Shown: positions 1-47,673 of the stretch, in pieces | Numbering within the stretch: the stretch's first letter is position 1 | Layout: every line of letters starts with the position of its first letter | Assembly (NCBI GenBank): GCA_964035545.1 | Contig: OZ037771.1 | Coordinates: forward strand, 2,057,628 to 2,121,627 | Origin: Bugula neritina | Taxonomy: Eukaryota > Animalia > Bryozoa | Direction: 5' to 3' | Length of the DNA stretch: 64,000 nt | The notes under the pieces: generated by a model | Seen by the model: only the letters and a program-made list of their open reading frames with translations | What the model was told of the DNA's origin: nothing | Database searches by the model: none | Made by a program: the position numbers and the translations under genes

Positions 1-3000
1 CGTGCATTTAATGGTGACTGTGGCAGTTCGGTTTGTGATAAGCAAGTTGGTGGTGGTGAGACGGTTTCAAGAGACAGATAGCTTTGCTCTGTCACTGCAC
101 CATGGGCTACAGTTGGTTGATAAGGTACGGGTGGTAGAGTGCTACCCCCTTTGTTTTGTGGAGAGGCCCTCTGCAAAGCCATAGTTTGAGGATAACATTG
201 TCCAGCATTACATTTCCCTTCAAAGTTGCTTTCTGAATGATGGGAGAGAGTTGAAACTTCTATAAATTAGCAGCAAAATATTTCATCAAACTATTATGTT
301 ATTGCCTAATCAATTACAGGCAAAAATTAAAGTCATGTAATTATTTGCATTCTGCTTTTGTTTCTCAGATCTTATTGAGAATTTTCTTTTAGAAGTAAGG
401 CACATACAGCCACAGAAAATACGTCATAATATTTTCAACTGCATGAACTGAATTTGATGTGAAAAACAAAAAGTTTGTATGTTGCACAGGCCATTATGAG
501 TAGTTGATAACTTTAATATACAAATATTAAAGCAATCTAAAATATAAAAATAATAATATATTATGATAATATATTACATCATATGTATTATAATGTGATA
601 CAATATAATATAATTATAGCATATAATAATTTACATACCTTGGAAGTTTGTTTTTCTACAACTTTCTGAAGGCAGATGATTCTGGCAACAACGCATACTA
701 AAATGTATTCAAAGTAACATAATTTAGATATCCTTCAATTATTGCAAATAAGGTTACAAATGAAAGTTTTTTTATGTATAAGCCCAAAGTTCAAACAAAA
801 ATATAGTCAAGGAATTTGGAAATATTGTTTACATACCACACTCCGGCCTTCTGTATAATGACACTCAATACGATTACACTGACTGACAGAATCACAACTA
901 AGACTGCCAAAATAGTGATAGTGCTAGAAGGGGAGGTCGCTAAAATAGGTACATATAATTGTGTATTATAAATTATATGTTATGACATTTTTAGTATATA
1001 AGGTAAATTTTGAAATTAATTCATTATTTTTATCACAATTGAGTTGCAAAAGCCCTGCATCTATAGACCTCTTTGAAACACGTTTACACTAATTGAAGTT
1101 ATTTCAACAGCACACTAATCAAAAATAAATATAACATTTTTCAGCAGCTTTAAATCATTTCTGAGTAAACTAAGCTCTAAAAATTAAAGTTGTCAAGTAG
1201 GGGTTACTAGCAAGCTCCCTATTGAGCTCATATAAAAAACATATAGCAGTGCAAAACCTGACAAATGAAATAAAGGTGTGAAAATTTTGCCAATTTTCAA
1301 TCTATGACTGCTTTTTCTTTGTTCCCAATAAACAACCTCACATTAAACACATTAATTAAACTATTATCTGGAAATAACATTTTTAATTCTATTTTTCAAT
1401 TATATCCTTTAAGTTACGAAAAAATTGTACCTACAAAATTACACTAATTTTGAAGTACTTTGAATATTAAAACCCACTTTAGCATAATTGGCTAGTGAAT
1501 AGTATTTTTAATTTTTATAGAACAAAAAATGCAGTAAGTATAATTTTATATTTTACTTAATTAAAAAATTCAGTCACATATTATAAAGTTTTCAATTATA
1601 ATAGAACAGAAATTGCATAGAAGTGTACAAAACTAATATAGTAGTAAAATCAAAAATATAAAGAAAAATATTATTAACGTATAATAATTATATGAATCAT
1701 TTTATTTAATATTTTTGCAATGTTGAATGCAGCTGATAATTTTAAAGCTTGCTAAATCATTAATTGTTTAAACACTGCTACCTAATAAATGTTAAAATTT
1801 TATTTAGATGTAATAGATATACTTTTAGTTAAACAAAGTAATTTTTATGAAGGTGTACTAAAATTTTAAAACTATATTTTTTTATTTAAAGTAGACCTTT
1901 CATGTACAAAATGCAACAAGCTGTGAATTACTATATGATGATCAAAGTAATAAAACAAACTAAAAATATGTTAGATCATACCTTTGCTGATTGCTGGAGA
2001 ACTGTTTGTAAGTCTTACCGGATCAGCCACACTTTGAGTATCTAAAATAAAAAAAATTCTGTTCATATACACTAGTTTTGAATAAAACTTAAGATATTTT
2101 TATATTAGACCAAATTTGAGCTTATCAATTAAACTCACACTTCAAACTCAAAACTAGAAACTCAAGCAGAGTATTGGTACAAAAAGAAAATGCTAGAAAA
2201 TCTGAGGAGAGAGGTTATTTAGTTGTATGCCAAGATCATTGTAAATTTTATCAAAATTTGCTAAAAGTAAATAATTTATTAGCAGCCCTATCACTACTTT
2301 TAAATTGCTGTAAGAAATTCAAAATCATCTGAACTCTGCAACAAACTAATAAAAAACTTTTAACTTGAAGATGCTCAAAATGCTAAGTTAGTAGTTCAAC
2401 TGAACTAAATGTCATAAAAATTACTCATAATTAACCATTGTTTAGGTTTTAGTCATATCAGCACCAGTAGCACCAGCAGTAGTAGCAGCAGCAGTAGCAG
2501 CAGCAGTAGCAGCAGCAGTAGCAGCAGCAGTAGCAGCAGCAGTAGCAGCAGCAGTAGCAGCAGCAGTAGCAGCAGCAGTAGCAGCAGCAGTAGCAGCAGC
2601 AGTAGCAGCAGCAGTAGCAGCATCAAGTTATTATTTTACCTACGTACCAGTAGTAGTGGAAGAGGAACTTGTAGATTCTGTACTAGTTGTACTAGTTGTA
2701 GTAGTTGTAGTAGCTGTAGTAGCTTCTAAAAAATCAATTTTTTTACTATACTAAACAATAAATATTTTAAACAAACTGAGTGTTCTCTTTAATTTTTTTG
2801 GGTGATAATGTCAGCATTTTTTAAAACATTCATAAGTACAATCAATAACTTATTTTCTCACAGCAATCTTATATTTTTATAAACTAGTGCTTTTAAAAAT
2901 CCATTTCAATTTGTAAATTACATAAATTTTGAGTGAGTGGAGAAGTTTTCAATATGAGACCCCAGGCATAGCACTTACTATTAGCTCCTATATACCTGCA

Positions 3001-6000
3001 TAGTTTTTAGATATTCCCTAAATCAATGGACCACTGCCTTTGCTGTTGTATAAGTTCATAGATATGCTTTTCTAGGGATTAGTAAACTCAGCTACGACAA
3101 AACTTGACCCAGTTTTTAAATTTTTTATGTTCAACAATAGAACCACCCAACACTTCACATCAATTAATTGCAATTATTATAAAATTTCAAAGTTATGATG
3201 CATTTCTAAATATTACCTTCAGGAGTTATTGTACTAAACTGTAGTAGTAAACAATTCAACCAGTTTCTTTGTCTACATTTATTCTTTCCTGCTAAAAAAA
3301 ACAATAAAAAATAATAAAATAGAAAAGAAATACAAGAAGCAAGATTAAAAAATGCAACTTTCAGTTTTAAGTTGCTAAATTTTAATTACTAAAACATATT
3401 TTAAAAAATCTCCATAAAAAGCATTATGTCATATAGTGACACAATTATTTTTTTAAATTCATTATCATGAGAAGAAAATAACAAAAATTATTGAGCAAAC
3501 ATAACTGAACTTCATTAATGGAATTATTCTTTACTAATGCATTATATTCAACATTGCATAAATTTGCATTACACACCATTTACTATTACAGTTGGTTTCA
3601 TAGCATTGCTAATGTAAATCTGAATCTAGTCAAAACTACTTCTACTGGCATTTACAGAAGTTGATTGTAAGCAAAGTATGTTTAGTGCTTTATATGCATG
3701 GCAATGGTTCAGAGAAGGCACCTGCAAGCACCTACATGACTGATCTGTCATTGTAAAACAATACAAGAAAACATACCTGCCGTTGTCCCAATAGTAGAAG
3801 AGAAACGTGTTGAGCTTCTACCATCTACAAAACTTACACGGTTTATTACAGAAAAATGAAATAGAAAGATCATTAGTCTTTGTGTGTGAGTATCACCAGC
3901 TAATTCAAAAAATTCTTTTAAGACCAGCACTCTAACATAACGTAGTGTTTTACGACTATATGATAGCAATTGATGTGTTTCTATTGAAAGGAGATACAAA
4001 ACATAAGTCTTGGTGAACTAGAAAAATCAATGGAAAGTTACAGAGTAAGCATTTTTGCATAAAATTAAAAATTGCTATCAACTAGACTATAAACCAAGGG
4101 GGAAAAAAGCCAATATTTTGATGCAACGCACTTTCCTAGCAAAACTGACATTAACAGCATAACTTTTGCCATGCTAAGTTTGCTCACTAAACCTTCATAT
4201 TAGGCAGAAAATATCTGTTTTAAACAGAAAACCATCCAAATTTTTAATTTCTAAACTACTTACAAGGTGTAGTTGACTCTGTCCATTCAGTACCTAAAAA
4301 ATAGTATTTGCAATTTATGAAACTACAATAAAACTTTTATGTAATATTTTTTGCAATTACGAATGTAATTAAATCAGTAATCATAGCAAATACCTCCAGT
4401 GGTTGTTGAATAAGTACTACACTCCCAGGGTCTTCTCCTGCATTGTAATTTTCTGGATAACAGCTTCTTTCTTAACAAAAAAGTTCTTCCCTCTTGAAAA
4501 TTTTAAATAAATTAAATCTTATTGTAAAGCTATGTAAGGAATAGTAAAATTATTAGTGCCTTATTATGTTATAAAATTGAAATAAAGTTGATGTTAAATA
4601 ACTATACTTTGCACTTATGCAGATAACTGCAAGCATGTTTATATTTTTTAGTAGTTTTGACTTTCTTTACAGCTAACAGTAAGTATACTGTAAGTAGATT
4701 CATGCATTCGATTGCAAATATTGTATACATGCTACACGCACAGTGTACTAAAATATGTAGTCTTGAAAACAATTGCTATGTAATTATATAGTAGAAGTGG
4801 AGATGTAAAACGCTAAGACATCGTATTGGCAGTTAAACTCTAAGAACTATGATTTGATATCATTTGACTTACCAGTAGTCAGCATTTGAGTGGAAGTAGC
4901 AGTAGAAGAAGTAGATGCTGGATCTGCTACAGGAAACAGATAAAGTTACAAACTATATTTTGAACTATTAACATTGACTACAAATCTACAAAAATCATGT
5001 TACATTACTGTTGCTTATATACCTTTACTCTAAATTAGACAATGTAACTGAATATATGTTATAGCTGCACTCACTAGAAACTTCTGTCGTAACTGGTGTA
5101 CTGGTGCGAGTTGTAGTAGAGGAGGAAGTAGAGGAAGTAGAGGAAGAAAAAGTAGTAGAGGAAGTAGTGGTAGTAGCTCTTTCCGTAGTCATGGAAACGG
5201 TAGTTTCCTCTAGAAATGACAACATGGATACATCACATAATACTGATATATCAAATACACAGTCACACCACAATCATATATGTTATATAAACTCATCTCT
5301 CTCTAAGATGGAGGGAGATTGGTCAGATTTCTCAGAATTTATATAAAGTCACTATAAACCAATGGTTAGGTGCTAGACTTGGTCTTGGGTATTAGTTTTA
5401 AGCTTATTCATGTTAAAAATAGCTTGTGAGTAAGTTATAATACCTTCACTTATAAGATAGCATTCTACCATTACTTTGCTCAAATAGGTTAGAGGAATAT
5501 AAAGAAGCCCAAAATTTCAAGATCAGATGCATAGGAAATTCATGACATCATAATCCAAACTTTAATTCTCTTCATATACTTATGCTAGTCAATAACCATT
5601 ATAATATTATAATGTCGTATTTTAATAACACTTATATATTATGTTATGGAATTGCTAAATATAGTATAAATCCAAGCCAAATTCATGAAACAGTCATAGT
5701 CGCATCGACTGACTGCACGCGATAGATTATCATATTGGGATAAAAATTCCTTTACGAACTTGAAGAATTTGGCCCATTGTAAATATTAATGCCGATTAAA
5801 GACCTGATGAGGAAAAGACGAATGTAGTGGTATGGGCATGTTAGAAGAAGAGAAAGTGAGGATGACATCCAGAGAGTGTCAGAGATGACAATTGAGGGAG
5901 TTCAACCTAGAAGTAGACCAAAGCAAAGATGGTGTGATACAATAAACTCAGATCTTAGATAGCTTGATCTTGATGGCAGAGATGCTGAAGATCAAGTGCG

Positions 6001-8952
6001 ATGGAGAAGTCTGGTAGAACTTGGTATCAAGCAGAAACCCGCCACCCGCGAAGGACCACGGCGGTGAAAGGTGACCAAAGATGACTAAATACTAATATAG
6101 AAACACACATACCTAGTAGTAGTAATATACTACATCACAATATTCACTCAACTAGCTAACATCAGCAGGCTATTCAAGAGCAGACAACTTTTAATAAAGA
6201 AGGCTTATCATACATAACATACTAACGCATAAGAAATAAAATATAACCAGCTTACCCTCAGCTATACTCACTGTAGCATCAGTAACTGGCTCTGTGTAAA
6301 CAATGAATATTATCAACAAATTCTATTGTTATACAATTTGTCATTGCAACCAACAATGAGATAGTTACAAAATGTGTTTCATCATACATAAACTTTACTC
6401 AAATTTGTTTAGATTGTTTAGTTTCGTTGCTAAGTAACAGCTCACCATTACGACTTGTAGTAAGAACAGCAGTAGAGAATTGAGTGGACACATCTACATC
6501 CGGTGCATTGCTTGATTGCATATCTAATACAAAATACAAACCTTATGCTAGAATACAACAGCAGAAAGACAAATTCAAAAAGTTAAAATTTAATACATAG
6601 TTTTAATATGACTTAGCCAGGGTTGTTGCAAGTCAACTCATTAGTTACAGAGACTCTACACTACCCTCCCTTCTTATTAACAATGATACTTAGCCTAATA
6701 CATATTAGGGGTTATAGAAAGAGGAAAATGATAGCAACAAAGTGTATATTGAAATCATTAGAGCTGCAAACAGTAATAACAATTATTAAGAATATTATTA
6801 TTGAATATAGAAGACAAAAATGTGACATGTATCTCCAGGAATAACCTAAAATTTAGTAGAAATTTACAAAAGCAATTTATTGAAAAAGTGGCTCCTTTAC
6901 AACTCATTCATGTAGTAACAAAATATCAAAGCTCACAGTTTGGCTAGTTCAACTATGATAAGATAAACCTTAGATTACTTAAGGTAACACAGAGCTATAC
7001 CTTTGACTCCATGCAATGGTTTGAACATTCAAAATCAGCTGCTTAGTTTAGGGCTACAAGCTACTATAGCTACAGAAGAGCTACTAAAAACTATTTACTA
7101 AAAGTAGTAAGAGCAGAGCTACTACAAATAATATAAACTAAAAATATTAACAGCAGAGCTAGTAGAATCAGTAGATGTGCTGGTAGCACCTGCAATATTG
7201 CAAATATGATGGTAATTATAAATGGAACTGTTAAAAATTAATAAAAAAGATACAAATGACGTGAATAAAAGATTACTTTTTGCTAAATTTGTTTCAAACA
7301 AAGATTTGAATGCACCAACAAGTAAAGCCTTTAAAAAGAAGCTATTTAAAGAGGAATAATTCTTTTTTAAAAAGTATTTATTATTTAGCCATTTTTATTT
7401 CTCTTCATTACAAAACATTATAACTTCATGGCTTCCAAAACACTATGCTGGTTCGAACCAACAACCTTTGAGTTTTCTAGTCTTGGAATGAAGTTTTGAT
7501 GTGTAAAGCACTTTATATAGTCTTATTAAGGCTGTAAATGCATAAGAATTCAAAAACTTTTTGAAATAATATGAGAATCTCTAAAAGAAGTTAAAACCTC
7601 ACCAATCAGCGAAAGCTGGGGTATTGCATTATTAGTTCCTACTATTGAAGTATCTTCCTGTTTCATTCTAAGAAGAGAGAATAGAAAATAAATAGCACAA
7701 GTTTCAGATGACCAATTAAATAGTTTCTGAGTGTCCATATTGATGAAACAGCAAAGTGATACAGGTTCAATACTCTCAATCTATAACAGTTCTCAACCAT
7801 AAGTAAAGTGTCATCTCCAGCTAATAAAGTGTCATGTGCAGCAAGCAAAGTGTTATCTGTAGCCAGCAAAGTGTAATCTGCAGCTAGTAAAGTGTCATCT
7901 GCAACGTACTGTAAAATCTTATCTGCAGCTATTAAAGTGTAATCTGCAGCTAATCAAGTGTCATCTGCAACTCGTAAAATCTCATCTGCAGCTATTAAAG
8001 TGCCATCTGCAGCTAATCAAGTGTCATATTGCTGCTGTATTTTATGCCATTTGGTTAAATTGAGCTAAAAGCAGAAACTCATGCACCATGAAAACCTGAG
8101 AAGTTATTTTCTGACCAATACACTACCAGCTTACTTACAAACTATAAGATGTAACCAAGCAACCACTTGAATTAGTACTGACCTTAGTGGTTCATCTAAG
8201 GAGCAGACAACTGCAACTAGACTCCAGATTACCAACACCTACTCAAAGAAACCACCATTCAGTTGCATTATACAAATGTTATTCATAACATAAGTCTTGT
8301 TCATGAAAATAAGATGCTAAAAGCTGGAAAAATTGAAGAGCAAAATTAAATTTATAATGAAAGACAGGCTCTTTATTATAGTTACATTGACTTATTAGTA
8401 CCATAGACGCTCAAAGCATAAAAATAGATAAATGAGGAGGTTTTATGAAAATAACAGTGAAACTATAAACCAAGAAGATAGCATGAGCTCTTAGATTTCT
8501 CATAAGTAAATGTACATATTCTATGTAATATAACAGATTATTGAAAGTCAAAATATAAATGTATTATCATACTTTCATTAGCATGCTATACTTTACCAAG
8601 TGTCTGTAGCAATTTAATTATTTAAATATGGTTTCCTTTAATTCAGTTAAAAAAATTTTCATTATTACAAAATAACTCTCCCATGCCACAAATATTTTAC
8701 ATAGCATACATGTTTAACTTTTCTCCATTTGAACAAATAAAATCAACAATTGAATATCATTACTATTGTAAGCAAAACAATATTGTAACACCTTTAATCT
8801 CACAGTCTATAGTTTCAAATCTATTACAAGAAATATTGAAAAGTAGCTGGCAAAGCATTTAATGCAATAAATTAATTCAAAACTGGATTTGTTCACTACT
8901 AACTAACCTTGTGAGTGACTGCTTCCATTCTGCTTGGTATTTATATCCAATT
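1..8952 (-). CDS. Mucin-like Ser/Thr-rich single-pass membrane protein (partial; 5' start not found, 3' end runs off window)
   Basis: GT-AG-bounded phase 1-1 micro-exons: 8908-8952, 6446-6523, 6256-6291, 5075-5209 (ETTVSMTTERATTTTSST...), 4873-4926, 4264-4293, 3777-3824, 3217-3291, 2648-2725 (ATTATTTTTTSTTSTEST...), 1982-2041. Then TM exon 837-939 (ITILAVLVVILSVSVIVLSVII), Cys-rich juxtamembrane exon 639-697 (CMRCCQNH...) and Pro-rich cytoplasmic exon 1-259, all in frame. Inclusion of each upstream micro-exon is less certain. Confidence 0.75.
2460..2622. repeat. (GCAGCAGCAGTA)n 12-bp intronic microsatellite
   Basis: Direct tandem repeat visible in sequence. Confidence 0.95.
5740..6075 (+). 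mobile_element. 5'-truncated, decayed RTE-clade LINE 3' fragment
   Basis: Frame from 5789 reads MPIKDLMRKRRM*WYGHVRRRESEDDIQRVSEMTIEGVQPRSRPKQRWCDTINSDLR*LDLDGRDAEDQVRWRSLV. It matches the RTE C-terminal motifs WxGHVxR, GxRPRGRPKxRW and AxDRxxWR, with two in-frame stops. Confidence 0.85.
7804..8027. repeat. 21-bp minisatellite (TAAAGTGTCATCTGCAGCTAA-like, ~10 copies)
   Basis: Degenerate tandem copies with 21-bp period; explains the spurious LAADDTL ORF. Confidence 0.85.
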
Positions 8953-10397
8953 CTAGTTGAAGAGAGAGCAAAGATTGATCATCGTATTGAATAAGTAACA
9001 AGTATAATGAATAACTCAAGAGATTTTATATAAGGAAACAAATAGCCCTGCAGTCAAGTCTATTGTGAGACCAGAACAGAGAGATTAACTTCTCAGTAAG
9101 TAGAGGCTACATGTATACCACTTTGTTTAGCAGATACTGAATACTTGTGGCAATTAATGTTCTACTTATTTTAATAAAGCCAGATAAGAAACTTTTAATT
9201 ACTGGATTATTCAAACTTAAGTAGCTGTACTAGTTTATACTGTCATAAAAAATAAAGATGCTCAACCTGTTGCAGCAGAAGTTTAAATGACTTTTAAATC
9301 TCACAGCCTATGAACAGCTAAGTTCAACTTTGTAAAATAAATTTTCAAACCTGATAATTTTGGTTGTAAAATGTAGACTGTGACCAAGTTGAGACAAACT
9401 ACTATTCAAATTGGATAAATATAACTTTTTTAAATAAAAAAATAATAAAATTAAAATTGTTCAACCATGCACTTTTTCAGTTCTTGTCACACAATGGCTT
9501 TGACTGTTTCCAAGTTTTAATTAGTAGCAACACTCTACACAAAAGCATTTTTAAAAGCATGAGCCATAGTATAGCTAGTTTCTACAACATTAAATTCCAC
9601 TACCTGAATTCTTGAAGTTAATTCTAAGTTTTTGATAAAAGACAAAATGTTGGCTGTTTCATTTTAGTGACAAGTTTTACTGTTTTTACAAATTTGATAT
9701 TGCCTTCTAGAAAAGAATAGAATTTCAACTACTTTATTTAAAGTTTCTCACAATTTTGTAAGCTATGAACCAACATATATTGCTTTAGAAATATCAAGTA
9801 TTTCTGGTTGAGAAACTTATGAGAGATTGAGTTACAAATGTATAATATAGCGTGTGAAAACACAATTAAGATCTGACAGTATAAATTTTTATATTATATA
9901 AATGTATTATAAGTATATTACATAAACGTTATTTAAATAATATATACATACATTATGCTATGATTACAATAACCGAAAAGAACACGTAAATGTTGGGAGT
10001 ATCATTAAAAACCTAACGTTTCCAATCAACGTAATATTTCTATAATTATACAATATTTTCTCGAATGTAAACGAACAAACATGTTTAAAAAACATGTACT
10101 CATGACACACTTTCGCTGTTTCATATCATGAAAATATACAGATGCCTATAGTATATTCATGAAGTGTAAACTCAGTGCTTAAAACTTACTACTAGTAGAA
10201 ACATGTGCTAGAAGCTTCTAAACACAAAAATTATAAAATGATTAAGTTATATACAATTATATGTTTGAGTATGGCTGTATGTATGCTTAGGTCAGTATGT
10301 GTGCCCAGGCAGTGGTAAAGGTACATAACTACAGTTATATTTGCTGAGGTTTAAAGTATCAAAGGCTAAAAAACTAAGTTCAAGGTCATACTAGATG

Positions 10398-44350
<33,953 letters not shown>

Positions 44351-44479
44351 TTTGTTTCACAAAGATGTCATCAAAGTCATTCCATCAATTTTTATGAAAA
44401 TGTCGCAGCGTTCGATTCCGAGCTCACGATAACTGAATAACAAGCTACTTTTGATCCCAATTACTATTGCACAAGTGAT

Positions 44480-44600
44480 ATCTGAGCGCCTTACATATAA
44501 CCGCATCAGTACCACGTGTGAAAGAACAGCATTGGCCAATTTATTCTGAGGTACCACATGTTGTAACGAATCAGAGAGGCGTAAGATTGGAAAACCCAAC
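44480..44600 (-). promoter_or_regulatory. Putative promoter of the Kielin-like gene
   Basis: Less AT-rich stretch 130-250 nt upstream of the ATG, with CCAAT/ATTGG boxes (~44531-44540, ~44586) and a CACGTG E-box (~44513). Confidence 0.35.
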
Positions 44601-45780
44601 AACGTGAAAAGGAACTACATGAAGATTACCATTTCTGGAGTTAATTTAATAACCATCAGGCTTTCTAATTTAGCAAAAATATGTTCTTATTTAAATATAA
44701 TTTATGATGATACCTTCATTTAATGATTATTTTAGGTACATTATATAGGCCACAAGTGAATATACAGTAAATTAAACTGTTTAGCCTTTGTTATCTAACA
44801 TAAAATATTGCAATGAACTGTTTGTTATCATTATATTTGAAAGCTGACATATTTTTTTGTTAAAAAAGAGGCAAAAAGCAAAAAATTCAAACACGTTCAA
44901 TGTCAAATTATGCTGCCTTTATTATCATATAATGTTTGCCTAAAAAATTATAGCTCATGTAATTCTGGAAATTAATTGACTTCTTTATGTATATACACAT
45001 CCATGTTGGGTCTTATTTATAAATAAAACACCATTATTACTGTATATAACTAATTATAAAAACATTCAGTTATACGGAGTTTAATTACTCATAATATTTA
45101 TATATAAGTAAAAACGCTGGAATCCTTTTCTTCGATATAAAACTGCTATAGGAAAGATAACTCCTAATTGACAAATTTCTTTTCAATTTCTCACAATGTA
45201 AACATAATGACATATTAATAAATTGTCTGCACATTCTACAAATAACTAAATAAAGTTATATTTTGAGTATGCAGAGTTAGTAGATTTCAGCTTTTCCAGA
45301 AAGATTTTGAATGCATTAGGCAAAAACTAGACGCGCAACTTTTAAACAGTCCTTACGATCACACCACAAATATGCTGTATATGTTGTCAACTTGAATAAA
45401 TGTGGGGTGAGCATAAGTGTTTGCCTACCAACAGGGCTTACACTGGAACTTTATTGTAAATGAAAATTACTAAAATTTATGCATTGCTAGTTTATTAGCA
45501 TTTTATTATTTAAGAAAGACTGAAGGTATATTTCATAGAGGCATAAAGGAAACTAAAAGTATGGAAGAATTAATATTGTATAATAAATATCAAAATTCAT
45601 GACAAAATTTTGTATAATTGAGATAATTTATAAAAAATAAAATATATTTGAAACACCGGTGTTTATGTGTAGAATGATTAATTATAAAAAATAGAAAATA
45701 AAAGATATTAAGATAGTTGAAATTGGAAATGCTGGTATGAAACTATTCATAGGATGCAGTGCCTCATCTTGTACCCAGTT

Positions 45781-47581
45781 TTAGTCCTGCCCGTATCCCA
45801 GACAGTAGAGAATTGAATGCAGCATCTTTGCACCACACATCCAGCCTGTAAATTAATAAACATCAAACTTTGTAAAAATTCAAACCAAGGATGATCAACA
45901 TTTAGTTTTGATTAGAATATAGCCATCTGACCATACATATTATATAATATGTGTAAGCTAGGTCAGGTTGTTATTGATGTTGCAATGTTTTATAATTTAA
46001 TGCAGTGTTGTAAACAAAGTATTTTGCTTAATGTTGCACTAATAGATCAATGGCATAAAGAATTTGCCAGTTTTTAATCCAGTAAAATCTCAACAATAAT
46101 TTTACAGCATAACAAAGTTGTATAGACTCAATATTTAATTCTAAAACCAAGATCTCTTGCGCTCTATTAACAAAGCAAACGGAGCATGTATTAGTTTGCT
46201 TGGTTTATAAATTATTGAAATAGTCCATTACACCTTTATTAGTCATTATATGTGTAGTATCAAATGTTTTATACAGTATCATCTTACCAGTTGTGTGAAT
46301 ATGGCCTACATGGTTATGACCAGAGATGTCTTGTAACAGAGTTGTCACTGCAGTGTAAGCTTCTAAATAAATTGGCTCCGTTGGGTTTATAAAACTCGTG
46401 AACTTGCTATAACTGTCCAGCATGACTTGATGCAACTGAAATGCATTTAGCAACAAATTATTTTTTTTCAAACAACATTTTTTTTCAATTAAATAATTAG
46501 TTTAAAGCCCACCATATAAAAGAAAGTTAGTATTTTATTGAGTAAAAGAAGAAATTATTGCAAACTCATACAAAATAATTGAATAAAAGTAAAAGTATGA
46601 ACTTATCTCAAGCAGCACAACATGTGTATGCTTTATTTATATAGATACAATATTTTTTGATGCGTTTTTACACTCAGATTGTTGCAAAAGAATATTATTT
46701 TATCTAAATTCTTACCTCTTCAATATCCATATCATCTGTGCAGACAAAGTTGCAATTTGCTGAATCGTCCAAATGCATATGTCTGCCATGATTAGTCTAA
46801 ATTAAAAAGAGATTGTAAAAAAATTCCTATTCCTGTTGCTAATATTATATTGAAGCTATTAAACTTCTTTTTATACAAAAACTTTATAATGCTTCATTTT
46901 ATAGTGCAAATATTCTGTTTTTTCTGTAAAATAAAGATAAAATTACTAAATGTATACTAAGTGAATAAAACAAAAAAATAAAAAATTGCTTAAAACATTT
47001 GCAGTGAACTACTGTGCTAATTATAATTACATAGTTTGATAAGGTTGAGATTCAAACAATATATAATAATTGAAGCTATAACTGATAAAGTGTAGCTAAT
47101 TGTATTAAATAAAACCTAACTAAATTTGCTTGAAACCTCGATTCAAGTTTTGCGTTTTTGCAAATACTAGAATAAAGTAAACTTACCAGAAAGATATCTA
47201 GAGTGAACCATGCAGTGGTGGCTTTAGTCACTCTAAACCCAGTGTTCCGCGGAATAGACCTTGCACTCCCTGCTGCAACTAAAATATTATTTCAACGTGC
47301 TCAGTTACACCTTTTAAAAAGAAAACTAAAAGCAACACTTTCTTTGCTAAAACAGAAAAAATATTATGATGAACTTTTTTTATTTCAATCCTATTTTCAG
47401 CTTTATTTTTCACAACTTTATTTTCTAAATTTAAACAAAACAACTATGTTAGGCTAGATTTACTAAATTGACAAATGTTCTCAAATAAATAATCTTCACG
47501 GTAAATTTTGATTGGTAAATAGCTGCTTAAGTCAAAAGCCATACCTGTGCATAAAACAATAAAAGCAATAATCTTATTCAT
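45781..47581 (-). CDS. Secreted 140-aa orphan protein, helical cytokine-like candidate
   Basis: Exons 47545-47581, 47187-47278, 46716-46796, 46288-46435 and 45781-45845 (423 nt, GT-AG, phases 1,0,0,1) give MNKIIAFIVLCTVAAGSARSIPRNTGFRVTKATTAWFTLDIFLTNHGRHMHLDDSANCNFVCTDDMDIEELHQVMLDSYSKFTSFINPTEPIYLEAYTAVTTLLQDISGHNHVGHIHTTGWMCGAKMLHSILYCLGYGQD*. Confidence 0.82.
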
Positions 47582-47666
47582 TTTCAGTAAGTGAGTATGC
47601 CTAAAAAGTCTGGATATACTGTAAGGCTGCTTTGCTTTCAATAAAGTCAAAACTAATTGTCGCGTC

Positions 47667-47673
47667 TTATATA
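47667..47673 (-). promoter_or_regulatory. TATA box (TATATAA) of the secreted orphan gene
   Basis: TATATAAG about 85 nt upstream of the ATG on the minus strand. Confidence 0.5.

Noticed and set aside
4394-4437. Additional mucin micro-exon candidates (also ~7152-7189 and ~8183-8210)
   Set aside because: Lengths or phases do not preserve the reading frame with the visible splice sites.
5104-5346. Glu/Val-rich plus-strand ORF
   Set aside because: Antisense shadow of the Thr/Ser-rich exon 5075-5209.
7663-7869. ORF with LAADDTL heptad repeats
   Set aside because: 21-bp minisatellite; upstream units contain in-frame TGA and I found no clear splice sites.
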